From: Methanobacteriota archaeon
GTDB lineage: Archaea > Thermoplasmatota > Thermoplasmata > SG8-5 > JAGLSY01
Assembly: GCA_020697715.1 (NCBI GenBank)
Contig: JAEHCO010000002.1
Coordinates: forward strand, 1 to 64,000
Reading direction: 5' to 3'
DNA: 64,000 nt
The stretch's first letter is position 1; each line of letters opens with the position of its first letter. Positions 10,257-19,761 of this stretch are shown one piece after another. Under the pieces are notes generated by a model. It saw only the letters and a program-made list of their open reading frames with translations, was not told where the DNA came from and ran no database searches. Made by a program: the position numbers and the translations under genes.

Positions 10257-11549
10257 ATGTTCTGTAATCAATGTGAGCAAACAGCCCAGGGGACTGGGTG
10301 TACGGTAAAAGGAGTATGTGGAAAAGATGAGAATATCCAGAGCTTGCAGGAAACCCTCCTGTACGCGCTGAAGGGAATTGCGGCGTATTCATATCATTCC
10401 AGAGTTTATGGAGAACGGGATGAAGATGTGGATGCCTTCATGCATGAGGCTCTTTTCAAGACCCTGACGAATGTGGATTTCGACCTGAATGACCATGTCA
10501 AATTGGCTCTGAAGGCCGGGGAGATGAACTACAAGGCCATGGAACTACTGGACAAGGCAAATACCGGTCATTATGGCAAGCCTGGACCTGTTGAAGTTCC
10601 AACTGGCACGGTCAAAGGGCCTGGCATATTGGTGACAGGCCATGATTTTATGGATCTCGAAGAACTGCTCAAGCAGACCGAAGGAACGGGTATCAATATC
10701 TACACTCATGGTGAGATGTTGCCAGCACATGGATATCCCGAGCTTAAGAAATACAAGCATCTTGTCGGTAATTATGGCGGCGCATGGCAGAAGCAGAAGA
10801 AGGAATTTCCTGCTTTTGGAGGCGCGGTTCTGGCAACCACAAACTGTGTCCAGATACCCACGGATGAATATCGCGATAGACTTTTCACGATAGGCATCAC
10901 TGCGGTCGAAGGTGTGAAGCACATTGAAAGTCGCAAGGACTTTTCCGAGATAATCAACAAGGCGAAAGAGCTTGGAGACCTTCCTGAAGCACCCGGAAAA
11001 CCGCTCACTACCGGTTTTCATCATGATATTGTTCTATCACTGGCTCCCAAGATAATCGAGGCCGTGAAGGCAGGCAAGATAAAGCGCTTCTTCCTGATAG
11101 GAGGTTGTGACGGGGCCAAGGCTGGTCGTAATTATTTCACGGAACTTGCTGAAAAAGTTCCGGATGATTGTGTCATTCTAACACTGGCCTGTGGAAAATA
11201 CCGATTCAACCATATGGATTTTGGAGATATAGATGGAATACCACGATTGATCGATCTGGGACAATGCAACAATGCTTACTCCGCGATACAGATCGCTTCA
11301 GCATTGGCCGAAGCCTTTGAATGTGATGTGAACGATCTTCCACTGTCATTTGCAGTATCCTGGTATGAACAAAAAGCTGTAGCTATTTTGTTGACATTGC
11401 TGAATCTGAACATCAAGAATATCAGAATTGGGCCAACACCACCAGCCTTCATAACGCCTGGTGTCTTCCAGGTGCTTCAGGATAATTTCGACCTGAAGCT
11501 CATCGGCGATGTGGATGAGGACTTGGCTGCAATGATGAAGGGCGAATGA
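10257..11549 (+). CDS. hcp: Hybrid cluster protein (hydroxylamine reductase), short form
   Basis: MFCNQCEQT..GC..GVCGK, GHD, YTHGEMLPAH, TTNC, GGCDG, LACGK, GQCN, SWYEQK. Confidence 0.97.
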   Translation: MFCNQCEQTAQGTGCTVKGVCGKDENIQSLQETLLYALKGIAAYSYHSRVYGERDEDVDAFMHEALFKTLTNVDFDLNDHVKLALKAGEMNYKAMELLDKANTGHYGKPGPVEVPTGTVKGPGILVTGHDFMDLEELLKQTEGTGINIYTHGEMLPAHGYPELKKYKHLVGNYGGAWQKQKKEFPAFGGAVLATTNCVQIPTDEYRDRLFTIGITAVEGVKHIESRKDFSEIINKAKELGDLPEAPGKPLTTGFHHDIVLSLAPKIIEAVKAGKIKRFFLIGGCDGAKAGRNYFTELAEKVPDDCVILTLACGKYRFNHMDFGDIDGIPRLIDLGQCNNAYSAIQIASALAEAFECDVNDLPLSFAVSWYEQKAVAILLTLLNLNIKNIRIGPTPPAFITPGVFQVLQDNFDLKLIGDVDEDLAAMMKGE

Positions 11550-11559
11550 GGTGAGAAAT

Positions 11560-12411
11560 ATGGTGGTTCGTGAGATAATCAAAATAGATGAGGACAGATG
11601 CACAGGCTGTGGCCTGTGCATCCCCAATTGTCCAGAGGGCGCGCTGCAGATAATAGATGAAAAAGCCAGGATGATCAGCGACCTGTTCTGTGATGGTCTG
11701 GGTGCTTGCATCGGACACTGTCCGGAGGGTGCGATCCTTGTGGAGGAAAGAGAGGCTGAGCCTTACAATGAGCGAATAGTTATGGACAATGTGGTCAAGC
11801 AGGGTGCGAATACGATCAAAGCGCATCTGCAACATATGCTGGATCACAAGGAATTCGAATTCCTGGATATCGCGATAGATTATCTCAAGGAGCATGGGTT
11901 AGATGTGCCGGATATCGGATATAACCCGGAGCCACAGGAAAAGGCAGAGGAACAAGCCTCTGCCTGCGCCACCTGCCCCGGCGAAGAACCGCGCACCGTG
12001 AATATCACTGGCATCGCAGCCCCAGAAAAGGAAAGTGGGCGAGCGGAATCCACTCTCACCACCTGGCCAGTCCAGTTAAAATTACTGAACATAAACGCCC
12101 CGTATCTGAAAGATGCCAGTCTGCTCCTGGCCGCAGACTGTGTTGGCTTTGCCTATCCGAACATGCACCAGGACTTTATCAAGGACAAAGTGACGATAAT
12201 CGCCTGCCCCAAGCTCGATGATGCCAGCCAGTATGTGGAAAAACTGGCTGAGATATTCCGTATCAACCCGATAAAGGACATAACCATACTGATGATGGAA
12301 GTGCCCTGCTGCTTCGGGATGGAGAATGTGGTAACACTGGCCATGAAAAAGGCCGGTGTCCAGATACCTGTGGAAAAGCACATTATCAAGATCGACGGCA
12401 GTGTTAAATGA
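11560..12411 (+). CDS. 4Fe-4S ferredoxin-domain protein (hcp-associated)
   Basis: CTGCGLCIPNCPEGA, CDGLGACIGHCP, WPVQL, AADC, ACPKLD, MEVPCC. Confidence 0.9.
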   Translation: MVVREIIKIDEDRCTGCGLCIPNCPEGALQIIDEKARMISDLFCDGLGACIGHCPEGAILVEEREAEPYNERIVMDNVVKQGANTIKAHLQHMLDHKEFEFLDIAIDYLKEHGLDVPDIGYNPEPQEKAEEQASACATCPGEEPRTVNITGIAAPEKESGRAESTLTTWPVQLKLLNINAPYLKDASLLLAADCVGFAYPNMHQDFIKDKVTIIACPKLDDASQYVEKLAEIFRINPIKDITILMMEVPCCFGMENVVTLAMKKAGVQIPVEKHIIKIDGSVK

Positions 12412-12482
12412 TCTGAGTAATAAGAATGTAGAAGGGCTTGGGTCTTTATCTTTCGTCTCATCCCTTCCATCATCTTTATTAT

Positions 12483-13052
12483 TTAGACATATTCCTTTTT
12501 CAGAATCGAATATAGGGTATGATCGACATATTTGCCTTTCAAGAATATCTGCTCTCTCATAGTTCCCTCGAAGGTCATGCCAGCTTTTTTTAATACGGCT
12601 TGAGAACCTATATTCTCAATCCATGTCCTTCCTTCAATTCGGTTCAATTCCATCTTATCGAAGCCGAATTTCATTATCTCTTTCACGGCTTCGGTCATCA
12701 TGCCCTGGCCCCAGTATTCTTTTGACAGAGCGTAGCCAACTTCCGCGCGGAAATTGTCAGGAGACCAGCGAATGAACCCCACTGTTCCGATCAGTTTATT
12801 GTTCTCTTTTAAAACTATCCCCCAGTCAGAAACTTGATTATCCTTATATCGTTCGATCATAAAATTGAGGAAACCCTTTGAATCATCGATCGATCTGTGG
12901 GGTTCCCAGGTGAGGTATCTGGCAACATCTGGCTCACGGGCGTATTCGAATACATCCGTGGCATCTTCCAATGTCAGTTTTCGAAGTATTAGCCTATCGG
13001 TCTCCAAAGAAGGCAGATCACCATATATGTCCTCAATTTTCATCTCCTCCAC
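12483..13052 (-). CDS. RimJ/RimL-type GNAT acetyltransferase
   Basis: LETDRLILR, AEVGYAL..EYWGQG, N.GS..VL.K.GM.FEG. Confidence 0.9.
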   Translation of the reverse strand: MEEMKIEDIYGDLPSLETDRLILRKLTLEDATDVFEYAREPDVARYLTWEPHRSIDDSKGFLNFMIERYKDNQVSDWGIVLKENNKLIGTVGFIRWSPDNFRAEVGYALSKEYWGQGMMTEAVKEIMKFGFDKMELNRIEGRTWIENIGSQAVLKKAGMTFEGTMREQIFLKGKYVDHTLYSILKKEYV

Positions 13053-13117
13053 CTCTACTATGTGAATAGGAAACGTTCCTTAATATCGTTTCCATCATTC
13101 ATAATCATAATGCTATA

Positions 13118-13651
13118 TCATGATTCAATACCAACAGTGAACTCCATTCTTTGAGACGAATACATCACGATATTATCATAATAATCCCTGAGATGGAAAT
13201 CCGCTGACACATAATAGGTTCCATTGTTCATGCCTTCCGTATCCACGGTGCCATTCATGACGAATGTCTTTCCAGGGGGAACGGGAAGTATCGAATGTGG
13301 GTCATCGTAGTAACAATAACCATTATGAGCCACACTTTCGATCTTCTCTCCTGTCGGCTTGTAGATATTTATGTAATAATAGAAAGTGTCGGCATAAGCA
13401 ATAGTATAGCTCTGAGCATTTGTCACATTGATCTGGAATACAGTTCCATTCATGCTCGGGTTCATTATCGATATGCTGACATCATTTTTGGCCAGTGGTT
13501 CTGGAGGAGCGGCACCTTGTTCCTCCCCCGCCTGCATGAAGGCATATAATATTATGATAAAAACAATAAAGGTGATCGATACGATCAAGTAACTGGATGC
13601 CTTCGATCCTGATGCTGACGGATCATTTTTGTTCGAATCTTTCTTTTTCAT
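13118..13651 (-). CDS. Hypothetical single-TM protein with extracellular Ig-like domain
   Basis: Basic N-terminus, one TM segment, beta-rich domain with GTYYV; start uncertain. Confidence 0.6.
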   Translation of the reverse strand: MKKKDSNKNDPSASGSKASSYLIVSITFIVFIIILYAFMQAGEEQGAAPPEPLAKNDVSISIMNPSMNGTVFQINVTNAQSYTIAYADTFYYYINIYKPTGEKIESVAHNGYCYYDDPHSILPVPPGKTFVMNGTVDTEGMNNGTYYVSADFHLRDYYDNIVMYSSQRMEFTVGIES

Positions 13652-13798
13652 GTGAACAGCATCCGAACACGTTTCCATTATTAACAAAATTCGGAACAAT
13701 GTTTAAATCCTGTATCTCTATTTCACTCTTGGGTGAGATAAGATAGGCTGACATTTTGAACAGCTTGTCAACTTTGACTTATACCAGGAGTGAATAAA

Positions 13799-13960
13799 AT
13801 GGACAAATACAGATGTACAGTATGCGGATACATATACGACCCAGAGAACGGAGACGATGACGGCGGAATAGCCGCAGGAACAGCATTCGATGCTCTTCCA
13901 GACGACTGGCTTTGCCCTGTGTGTGGAGCCGGAAAGGACGTCTTCGAGAAAGAAGAGTGA
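13799..13960 (+). CDS. rub: Rubredoxin (53 aa, absent from the ORF track)
   Basis: Manual translation [53 protein letters not shown]; AGGAG RBS. Confidence 0.97.
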   Translation: MDKYRCTVCGYIYDPENGDDDGGIAAGTAFDALPDDWLCPVCGAGKDVFEKEE

Positions 13961-13972
13961 TGGGGCGTTCGC

Positions 13973-15160
13973 ATGGATAACCTGGAGATCAAACCTGGTG
14001 TGTACTGGGTTGGTGTTATAGATTGGGACATAAGGAATTTTCACGGATACATCACGCAGAGGGGCACGACATACAATGCTTACCTGATAGTTGATGAGAA
14101 GATCACATTGGTAGACACAGTTAAGGCATGCTTATTTGATGAGATGATGGATCGTATCAAGAAGATAATCGACCCATCCAAGATCGATATAATTGTTTCC
14201 AATCATGTGGAGATGGACCACACTGGCTCCATCCCGATGATATTGGAGCACTGTCCAAATGCGGAGATCATCACTTCCACTCAGGGTGAGAAGGGCCTTA
14301 AACGGCACTTCAAAGCCGATTGGAACCTCCGGGTGGTCAAGAGTGGGGAATCGATGTCCATTGGAAAGAAGACATTGACCTTCGTTCATATCCCGATGGT
14401 GCACTGGCCTGACTCCATGGTCACTTACATTGCAGAAGATAAACTGCTCCTATCGAACGACGCTTTCGGTCAGCATATCGCAACTCCTGAAAGGTTCGAT
14501 GATGAACTGGGCTGGGATGTTCTCAAGGAAGAGGCGGCCAAATATTACGCCAATATCGTCATGCCTTATGGCCCGCAGGCCGCGAAGGCCATCGAGGCTT
14601 TGGGTGGCATCGAGATCGACATGATCGCACCATGTCACGGCATCATATGGCGCTCGCTTATTCCAAATATTCTTGCCGAATACAATAAATGGGTCAATTA
14701 TGAGACTGAAAAACGCGCTCTGATAGTTTTCGACACAATGTGGAATTCCACCAAATCAATGGCTTACAAATTGCAGGAGGGTCTGATGGAAGCTGGCTTG
14801 CCAACGACCGTGAAGTTCCTGGGCACGAATCACATTTCCGATATTGTACCGGAAATGATGCATTCGCGACTTATCTTGCTGGGCTCACCGACCTTGAATA
14901 ATGGGATGTTGCCGACCATGGGAGCTTTCCTCACATACATCAAGGGGCTGAGGCCGAAGAAAAGAGTGGGGTTCGCCTTTGGATCCTATGGCTGGGGTGG
15001 CCAGGCTGTCGGCGAGATCAATGAGATAATGGAGAAGCTGAAATGGGACATGCCAGAGGAAAGCATCAATATCAATTATATTCCAGACCCGGAAGAGCTT
15101 GACGAAGTCAAAGCAGTTGGCAAAAAATTGGGAGAATATATATTAGCTCAGGAAGAATAG
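13973..15160 (+). CDS. fprA: Flavodiiron protein (O2/NO reductase, FprA family)
   Basis: GTTYNAYLI, NHVEMDHTG, HWPDSM, NDAFGQH, PCHG, flavodoxin motifs GSPTLN and FGSYGWGG. Confidence 0.95.
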   Translation: MDNLEIKPGVYWVGVIDWDIRNFHGYITQRGTTYNAYLIVDEKITLVDTVKACLFDEMMDRIKKIIDPSKIDIIVSNHVEMDHTGSIPMILEHCPNAEIITSTQGEKGLKRHFKADWNLRVVKSGESMSIGKKTLTFVHIPMVHWPDSMVTYIAEDKLLLSNDAFGQHIATPERFDDELGWDVLKEEAAKYYANIVMPYGPQAAKAIEALGGIEIDMIAPCHGIIWRSLIPNILAEYNKWVNYETEKRALIVFDTMWNSTKSMAYKLQEGLMEAGLPTTVKFLGTNHISDIVPEMMHSRLILLGSPTLNNGMLPTMGAFLTYIKGLRPKKRVGFAFGSYGWGGQAVGEINEIMEKLKWDMPEESININYIPDPEELDEVKAVGKKLGEYILAQEE

Positions 15161-15178
15161 TCTTTCTGAGAGGATAAT

Positions 15179-15418
15179 ATGAGCGAGATAATAGCCGATG
15201 CCGAGATAGACTGCGTGGGACAATATTGCCCCATGCCCATTGCGATGACCAAAGAAGGTATCTTGGGTATCGATATCGGCCAGATTCTGATGGTGGAGGC
15301 TGATGATCCGGCTGCGGAATCCGATATACTGGCCTGGGCGAAGAGAACGGGCCATGAGATAGTTGACTTTCGCAATGATGGAGGCATGCTCACCTTCTAT
15401 ATCAGGAGGATGAAATAA
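15179..15418 (+). CDS. tusA: TusA/SirA-family sulfur carrier
   Basis: IDCVGQYCPMP, ADDPAA..DI.AW. Confidence 0.9.
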   Translation: MSEIIADAEIDCVGQYCPMPIAMTKEGILGIDIGQILMVEADDPAAESDILAWAKRTGHEIVDFRNDGGMLTFYIRRMK

Positions 15419-15780
15419 TGGATGAAGAAAAGTTCCTATTATATGTTCAGACAACGGATGACCCGATGAGGCAATATTCGCCTTTTGTTCTTGCCCAGAC
15501 AGCGAGGATGATGGACATCCCGGCTAAGATATATTATCTTGGCCAGTCACTCAATATACTCAAGGCCGGGGAGGCGGAGAAGATCCAAATGGGTGATTTC
15601 CCCACACTGGCAGAGATGATGGACAAGGCCATCGAGCTGGGAGTGGAGATGCTGGTATGTGACGCATCCCGACAGATGCTACCCGATAAAGACATGGAAT
15701 TGAGACCTGGCTTCAAGATAGTTGGAGCTGGCACATTGAACGATCTGGCATTGGATGCAGGAGCCACAATGTGGTTTTGA
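15418..15780 (+). CDS. DsrE/DsrF-like protein
   Basis: SPF.LA..A, A.ELGV...VC..S, IVGA; overlaps the tusA stop codon (TAATG). Confidence 0.8.
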   Translation: MDEEKFLLYVQTTDDPMRQYSPFVLAQTARMMDIPAKIYYLGQSLNILKAGEAEKIQMGDFPTLAEMMDKAIELGVEMLVCDASRQMLPDKDMELRPGFKIVGAGTLNDLALDAGATMWF

Positions 15781-15791
15781 TCGGTACGGAG

Positions 15792-16997
15792 ATGATGAAA
15801 ATGGATAATAATAAGATTTACATGGATCGCGGATCGGCAACACCCATTGATCCCAGGGTGTTGGAGTTCGCTCATCCATTCCTTAAGACAGCGGGTAATC
15901 CATCCGCACTTCACAGGCAGGGCTTGGAAGCAAGATCAGCTATCGAGGAAGCCAGAGCAAAGGTGGCGGATCTGATAAATGCCGAAAAGCCAGCTTCCAT
16001 AATATTCACCAGTGGGGCTACGGAATCCAATAACATCGCGATTCGTGGGACCGCGATGAGGAATATCGGCCGTGGCAAGCACGTGATGGGCAGTGCGATC
16101 GAGCATATGTCTGTCCTCAACCCTCTGAAAGATCTAACTAAGAGTGGGTTCACGATGGATCTTGTACCAGTGGACAAAGCCGGGATGGTGGACCTGGCCA
16201 AGCTGGAGGAATTGATCTCGCAGGAGACAGTCGTTCTATCCATCATGCACGCGAACAATGAGATCGGCACCATCCAGCCTATTAAGGAAATTAGTAAGAT
16301 AGTACACGAGAAGGGCATGTACCTTCACGTTGATGCCACTGCTTCGGCGGGCAAGGTTCCGATCGATGTCCAGGATATGAACATCGACCTTCTCACGCTC
16401 TCATCCAATGATCTGGGTGGGCCGCAGGGTGCTGGCGCATTATATATCAAGACCGGAACCCGCATACAGACCGTGATGCCAGGTGGAGGTCAGGAAAGAG
16501 GCCTTCGGTCGGGTAGTGAGAACATATTCGCGATAGCTGGAATGGGAGAGGCCGCGAGATTGGCAAAGGAAGAATTGCCAGTCGAGAGCGAGCGGTTGAA
16601 ACGAATAAGGGACGACCTTATTCGTCAGATACTGAAGAATGAGAAGACCTTCCTAACTGGCCATCCAGAAAAGAGACTGCCACATCACGCCAGCTTCAGA
16701 TTCAGTTTCATAGAGGGAGAAAGCATTTTGCTTATGATGGACTTTCAGGGTGTGCAGATATCCACGGGTTCCGCCTGCTCTTCAAAGACATTGGAGGCAT
16801 CTCATGTGCTTTTGGCCACTGGCCTGACACATGAGCAAGCACATGGCTCGATGGTATTGACACTAGGGCATGAGAACAAGCCCGAAGATGTAAAAATAGT
16901 GGCTGAGGCCACCAAGAAAACAATTGATAGGCTGAGAATGCTTTCACCGATCACCCAGGAGGGTGAAGAATACCCAGAGGAGGAACATCATCATTAA
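15792..16997 (+). CDS. iscS: IscS/NifS-like cysteine desulfurase homologue with the PLP lysine replaced by Asp
   Basis: IIFTSGATESNN, IEH, NNEIGTIQP, GGGQERGLRSG, STGSACSS; SSND in place of SxHK. Start could be 15792 or 15801. Confidence 0.9.
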   Translation: MMKMDNNKIYMDRGSATPIDPRVLEFAHPFLKTAGNPSALHRQGLEARSAIEEARAKVADLINAEKPASIIFTSGATESNNIAIRGTAMRNIGRGKHVMGSAIEHMSVLNPLKDLTKSGFTMDLVPVDKAGMVDLAKLEELISQETVVLSIMHANNEIGTIQPIKEISKIVHEKGMYLHVDATASAGKVPIDVQDMNIDLLTLSSNDLGGPQGAGALYIKTGTRIQTVMPGGGQERGLRSGSENIFAIAGMGEAARLAKEELPVESERLKRIRDDLIRQILKNEKTFLTGHPEKRLPHHASFRFSFIEGESILLMMDFQGVQISTGSACSSKTLEASHVLLATGLTHEQAHGSMVLTLGHENKPEDVKIVAEATKKTIDRLRMLSPITQEGEEYPEEEHHH

Positions 16998-17014
16998 GAT
17001 GGAGAGTGGAGAAC

Positions 17015-17467
17015 ATGACTGATATAGGATATACAGAAAAAGTAATGGACCACTTCATGAACCCACGGAATGTGGGCGTGATCGAGGATCCAGATGGCTA
17101 CGGGAAGGTCGGTAACCCGACTTGCGGAGATGTGATGGAGATATTCATCAATATCGCGGACAATAAGATAACCGAGATAAAGTTCAGAACATTTGGCTGC
17201 GGTTCAGCTATTGCCACGAGCAGTATGATCACCGAGATGGCCATTGGAAAGACATTGGAAGAGGCGATGGAGATCACCAGGAACGATGTGGCTGAAAGTC
17301 TGGATGGACTTCCACCCAAGAAGATGCACTGCTCGAACCTGGCCGCGGACGCTCTCCAGGAAGCCGTGAAGGACTACTGGAAGAAGCAGGGCAAGGTAGT
17401 GGAGGATGATGGTGAATCTCCCGAGATGTCCTGTGGTGGTGGCGGGTGCGACAGCTGTGTGAAGTGA
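17015..17467 (+). CDS. iscU: Fe-S scaffold IscU/NifU with Cys-rich tail
   Basis: HFMNPRNVG, GNPTCGD, FRTFGCGSAIA, LPPKKMHCSNLA. Confidence 0.95.
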   Translation: MTDIGYTEKVMDHFMNPRNVGVIEDPDGYGKVGNPTCGDVMEIFINIADNKITEIKFRTFGCGSAIATSSMITEMAIGKTLEEAMEITRNDVAESLDGLPPKKMHCSNLAADALQEAVKDYWKKQGKVVEDDGESPEMSCGGGGCDSCVK

Positions 17468-17530
17468 TAATAATAATTGAAATTCCAAAATAATGATGAA
17501 TAAAATAAGAAATAAGAGGAGGAGAGACTA

Positions 17531-17908
17531 ATGGCAAAATTAATGGAAATATACAAGTGTGAGAAATGCGGGAACATAGTCGAGCTGGTACACGGAGGCC
17601 CAGGGGCGCTCCAGTGTTGTAATACCGATATGATATTGATGGACCCGAAGACAGCGGACTGGACAACGGAAAAGCACGTGCCAGTCATTGAGAAGACTGA
17701 CCACGGTATCAAAGTGACAGTGGGCTCAACCCTTCACCCTATGGCAGACGATCATTATATCGAGTGGATCGAGGTCATTGCAGATGGTAAGATATACCGC
17801 CAGCATCTGAACCCTGGCGATGCACCCGAGGCATTGTTCTGCATAGATGCAGTGACAGTCACAGCCCGTGAATACTGTAACAAACACGGACTTTGGGTCA
17901 CCCAGTAG
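17531..17908 (+). CDS. dfx: Desulfoferrodoxin (2Fe superoxide reductase)
   Basis: [33 protein letters not shown]. Confidence 0.96.
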   Translation: MAKLMEIYKCEKCGNIVELVHGGPGALQCCNTDMILMDPKTADWTTEKHVPVIEKTDHGIKVTVGSTLHPMADDHYIEWIEVIADGKIYRQHLNPGDAPEALFCIDAVTVTAREYCNKHGLWVTQ

Positions 17909-17916
17909 GTGATTGG

Positions 17917-18435
17917 ATGATAAGCGAAAGAATGCAAAATGCCCTGATGGATCAAGTGAATGCGGAAATGTATTCATCCTATCTTTATCTGTCAATGTCA
18001 TCCGACCTGGACAATAAGGGTCTGGGCGGCTTTGCTTTGTGGATGAAGACCCAGGCGCAGGAAGAACTCTATCATGGCATGAAATTATATGACTTTGTTA
18101 TCGAGCGTGGTGGCAGAGCGATCCTGAAGCAGATCGAAGGACCGCAGACCGAATGGGCATCACCACTGGCTATCTTCGAGGCAGCGTATGCTCATGAGCA
18201 AAAAGTAACAGGCCTAATAAACAACCTGATGAACATGGCCATCGAGGAAAAGGATCACGCGACATCCCAGTTCCTTCAGTGGTTCATAAAGGAGCAGGTG
18301 GAAGAGGAAGCATCGGCTGATGAGATAGTTCAGAAATTGAAATTGATCGGCGATGGAGGCAATGGCCTCTTCATGCTGGACAAGGAAATGGGAGCCAGGC
18401 CTCCATTATTCGCTTTCCCAGTATCGAGTGGTTGA
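17917..18435 (+). CDS. ftn: Ferritin
   Basis: QVNAEMYSSYLY, QAQEE..H, HEQKVT, QWFIKEQVEEE; GGTGA RBS. Confidence 0.96.
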   Translation: MISERMQNALMDQVNAEMYSSYLYLSMSSDLDNKGLGGFALWMKTQAQEELYHGMKLYDFVIERGGRAILKQIEGPQTEWASPLAIFEAAYAHEQKVTGLINNLMNMAIEEKDHATSQFLQWFIKEQVEEEASADEIVQKLKLIGDGGNGLFMLDKEMGARPPLFAFPVSSG

Positions 18436-18446
18436 GGTGATTAAAA

Positions 18447-18941
18447 ATGGATCTAAGTAAATTCACACTGGAAGACGTAATACTTTCAGCGATTCGAAGT
18501 GAGATGAACAGCGGAGCCCAGTACAAGGACATCGCCAGCAAGGTGGAAAATGCTTTTCTGATAGAGAAATTGAACTTCCTGGCTGACGAGGAAGCCAAAC
18601 ATCAGAACTTCTTAGAAGGTCTATATGCGAAGTCATTCGCCGGCAAGGAATTGATCGTGCCAGAGGAAACACCAGTTCCCTTACCCGAGATGAAAGTCTA
18701 TGGCGAGGGAGTCAAACTGAGTGAAGTTCTAGAGAGCGCGATGGAAGCCGAGCGAGCTGCGAAGGACTTCTACAATGAGCTATCCAGACAATTCGAAAAA
18801 GAACCAGATATAAAGAAAAACCTGGAATATCTGGCCTCGATGGAATGGGGACATTATAAGCTCCTGGAGATCGAGAGAGATAATTCTCTGAACTTCGAAT
18901 CGTATGACGAATACTGGCCGATGATGCACGTCGGCGGTTGA
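18447..18941 (+). CDS. Rubrerythrin-like ferritin-family protein
   Basis: AIRSE, EEAKH, AMEAE, MEWGH diiron motifs; ends WPMMHVGG. Confidence 0.9.
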   Translation: MDLSKFTLEDVILSAIRSEMNSGAQYKDIASKVENAFLIEKLNFLADEEAKHQNFLEGLYAKSFAGKELIVPEETPVPLPEMKVYGEGVKLSEVLESAMEAERAAKDFYNELSRQFEKEPDIKKNLEYLASMEWGHYKLLEIERDNSLNFESYDEYWPMMHVGG

Positions 18942-19040
18942 AGTATTCTATAATGATTCATTGACAGAATCGAAAACTTTATCAAATTCACCTCATGCAT
19001 AGATTAAGGATGAGTCAGGCGATTTTGATAATTAAATAAT

Positions 19041-19080
19041 ACAGCACGAGCTAAATACCCGTGCTGTCATTTTCATTTTT
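19041..19080. terminator. Hairpin terminator between convergent genes
   Basis: ACAGCACG ... CGTGCTGT followed by a T-rich tract. Confidence 0.6.
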
Positions 19081-19101
19081 CAAGCAATTTTTAGTATATA
19101 T

Positions 19102-19638
19102 TTATCCAAACACTCTGAAGCCATAGTCTTTCATGTGAGGCATATCGGACACCTGTTCTCTTATCTTCTCTGGCTCTTCCATCATCGCGTCTTCCAGATG
19201 TTCTTTCTCTCTTTTCAGAATGTCATAGTGGCTGTGCTCGTTATTCGATATATAGGTGAACAATTTCTTCTGATCCTTGTGTACCTTGGCCAGATATTTG
19301 TACACCTTGTAACCCTTGTATTCATTCTGCATCGCGTCTCCAAGGGCGTGGATCATATTATCGATGGTCTTGATCTCCACCTCTGTCTCAAAAGGCTTTA
19401 ATCCAGTCCCCTCTGGAAATTCCCATTCTTCATTTTCAAATATATCCAGATACAGATCCTGCAACACCCGCATGTGCATGTCTTCATCCTTTGCGATACT
19501 CTCGAACTTGTGAGCTACAAGGCTGTCCTTGTCTAGGCCCTTAACTAGGTTCCTGTATAATTTCGCGGCTTCCTTCTCCGAAAATATCGCATATCCTAAC
19601 AATTGCTTTAGACTTAAACTCTTTAACTCCCCATGCAT
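19102..19638 (-). CDS. Rubrerythrin-like ferritin-family protein (paralog 1)
   Basis: AIFSE, DEDMH, AMQNE, NEHSH. Confidence 0.85.
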   Translation of the reverse strand: MHGELKSLSLKQLLGYAIFSEKEAAKLYRNLVKGLDKDSLVAHKFESIAKDEDMHMRVLQDLYLDIFENEEWEFPEGTGLKPFETEVEIKTIDNMIHALGDAMQNEYKGYKVYKYLAKVHKDQKKLFTYISNNEHSHYDILKREKEHLEDAMMEEPEKIREQVSDMPHMKDYGFRVFG

Positions 19639-19662
19639 AGCATTTGCTATTCCAAGTGGTGA

Positions 19663-19678
19663 TATTTAAATCTATTTC
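19663..19678 (-). promoter_or_regulatory. BRE/TATA promoter, probably leaderless transcript
   Basis: Minus strand GAAATAGATTTAAATA, 25 nt before the ATG; identical 16-mer at 20315-20330. Confidence 0.7.
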
Positions 19679-19705
19679 GCATGGATATGAAATTGTTTGT
19701 TCGAC

Positions 19706-19749
19706 CAGATTAAACATGACCAAATTTCAGGTCATGTTCACTTAATCTG
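19706..19749. terminator. Bulged hairpin between the tandem paralogs
   Basis: CAGATTAA-ACATGACC ... GGTCATGT-tcac-TTAATCTG. Confidence 0.55.
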
Positions 19750-19761
19750 CCGACTATTCCT

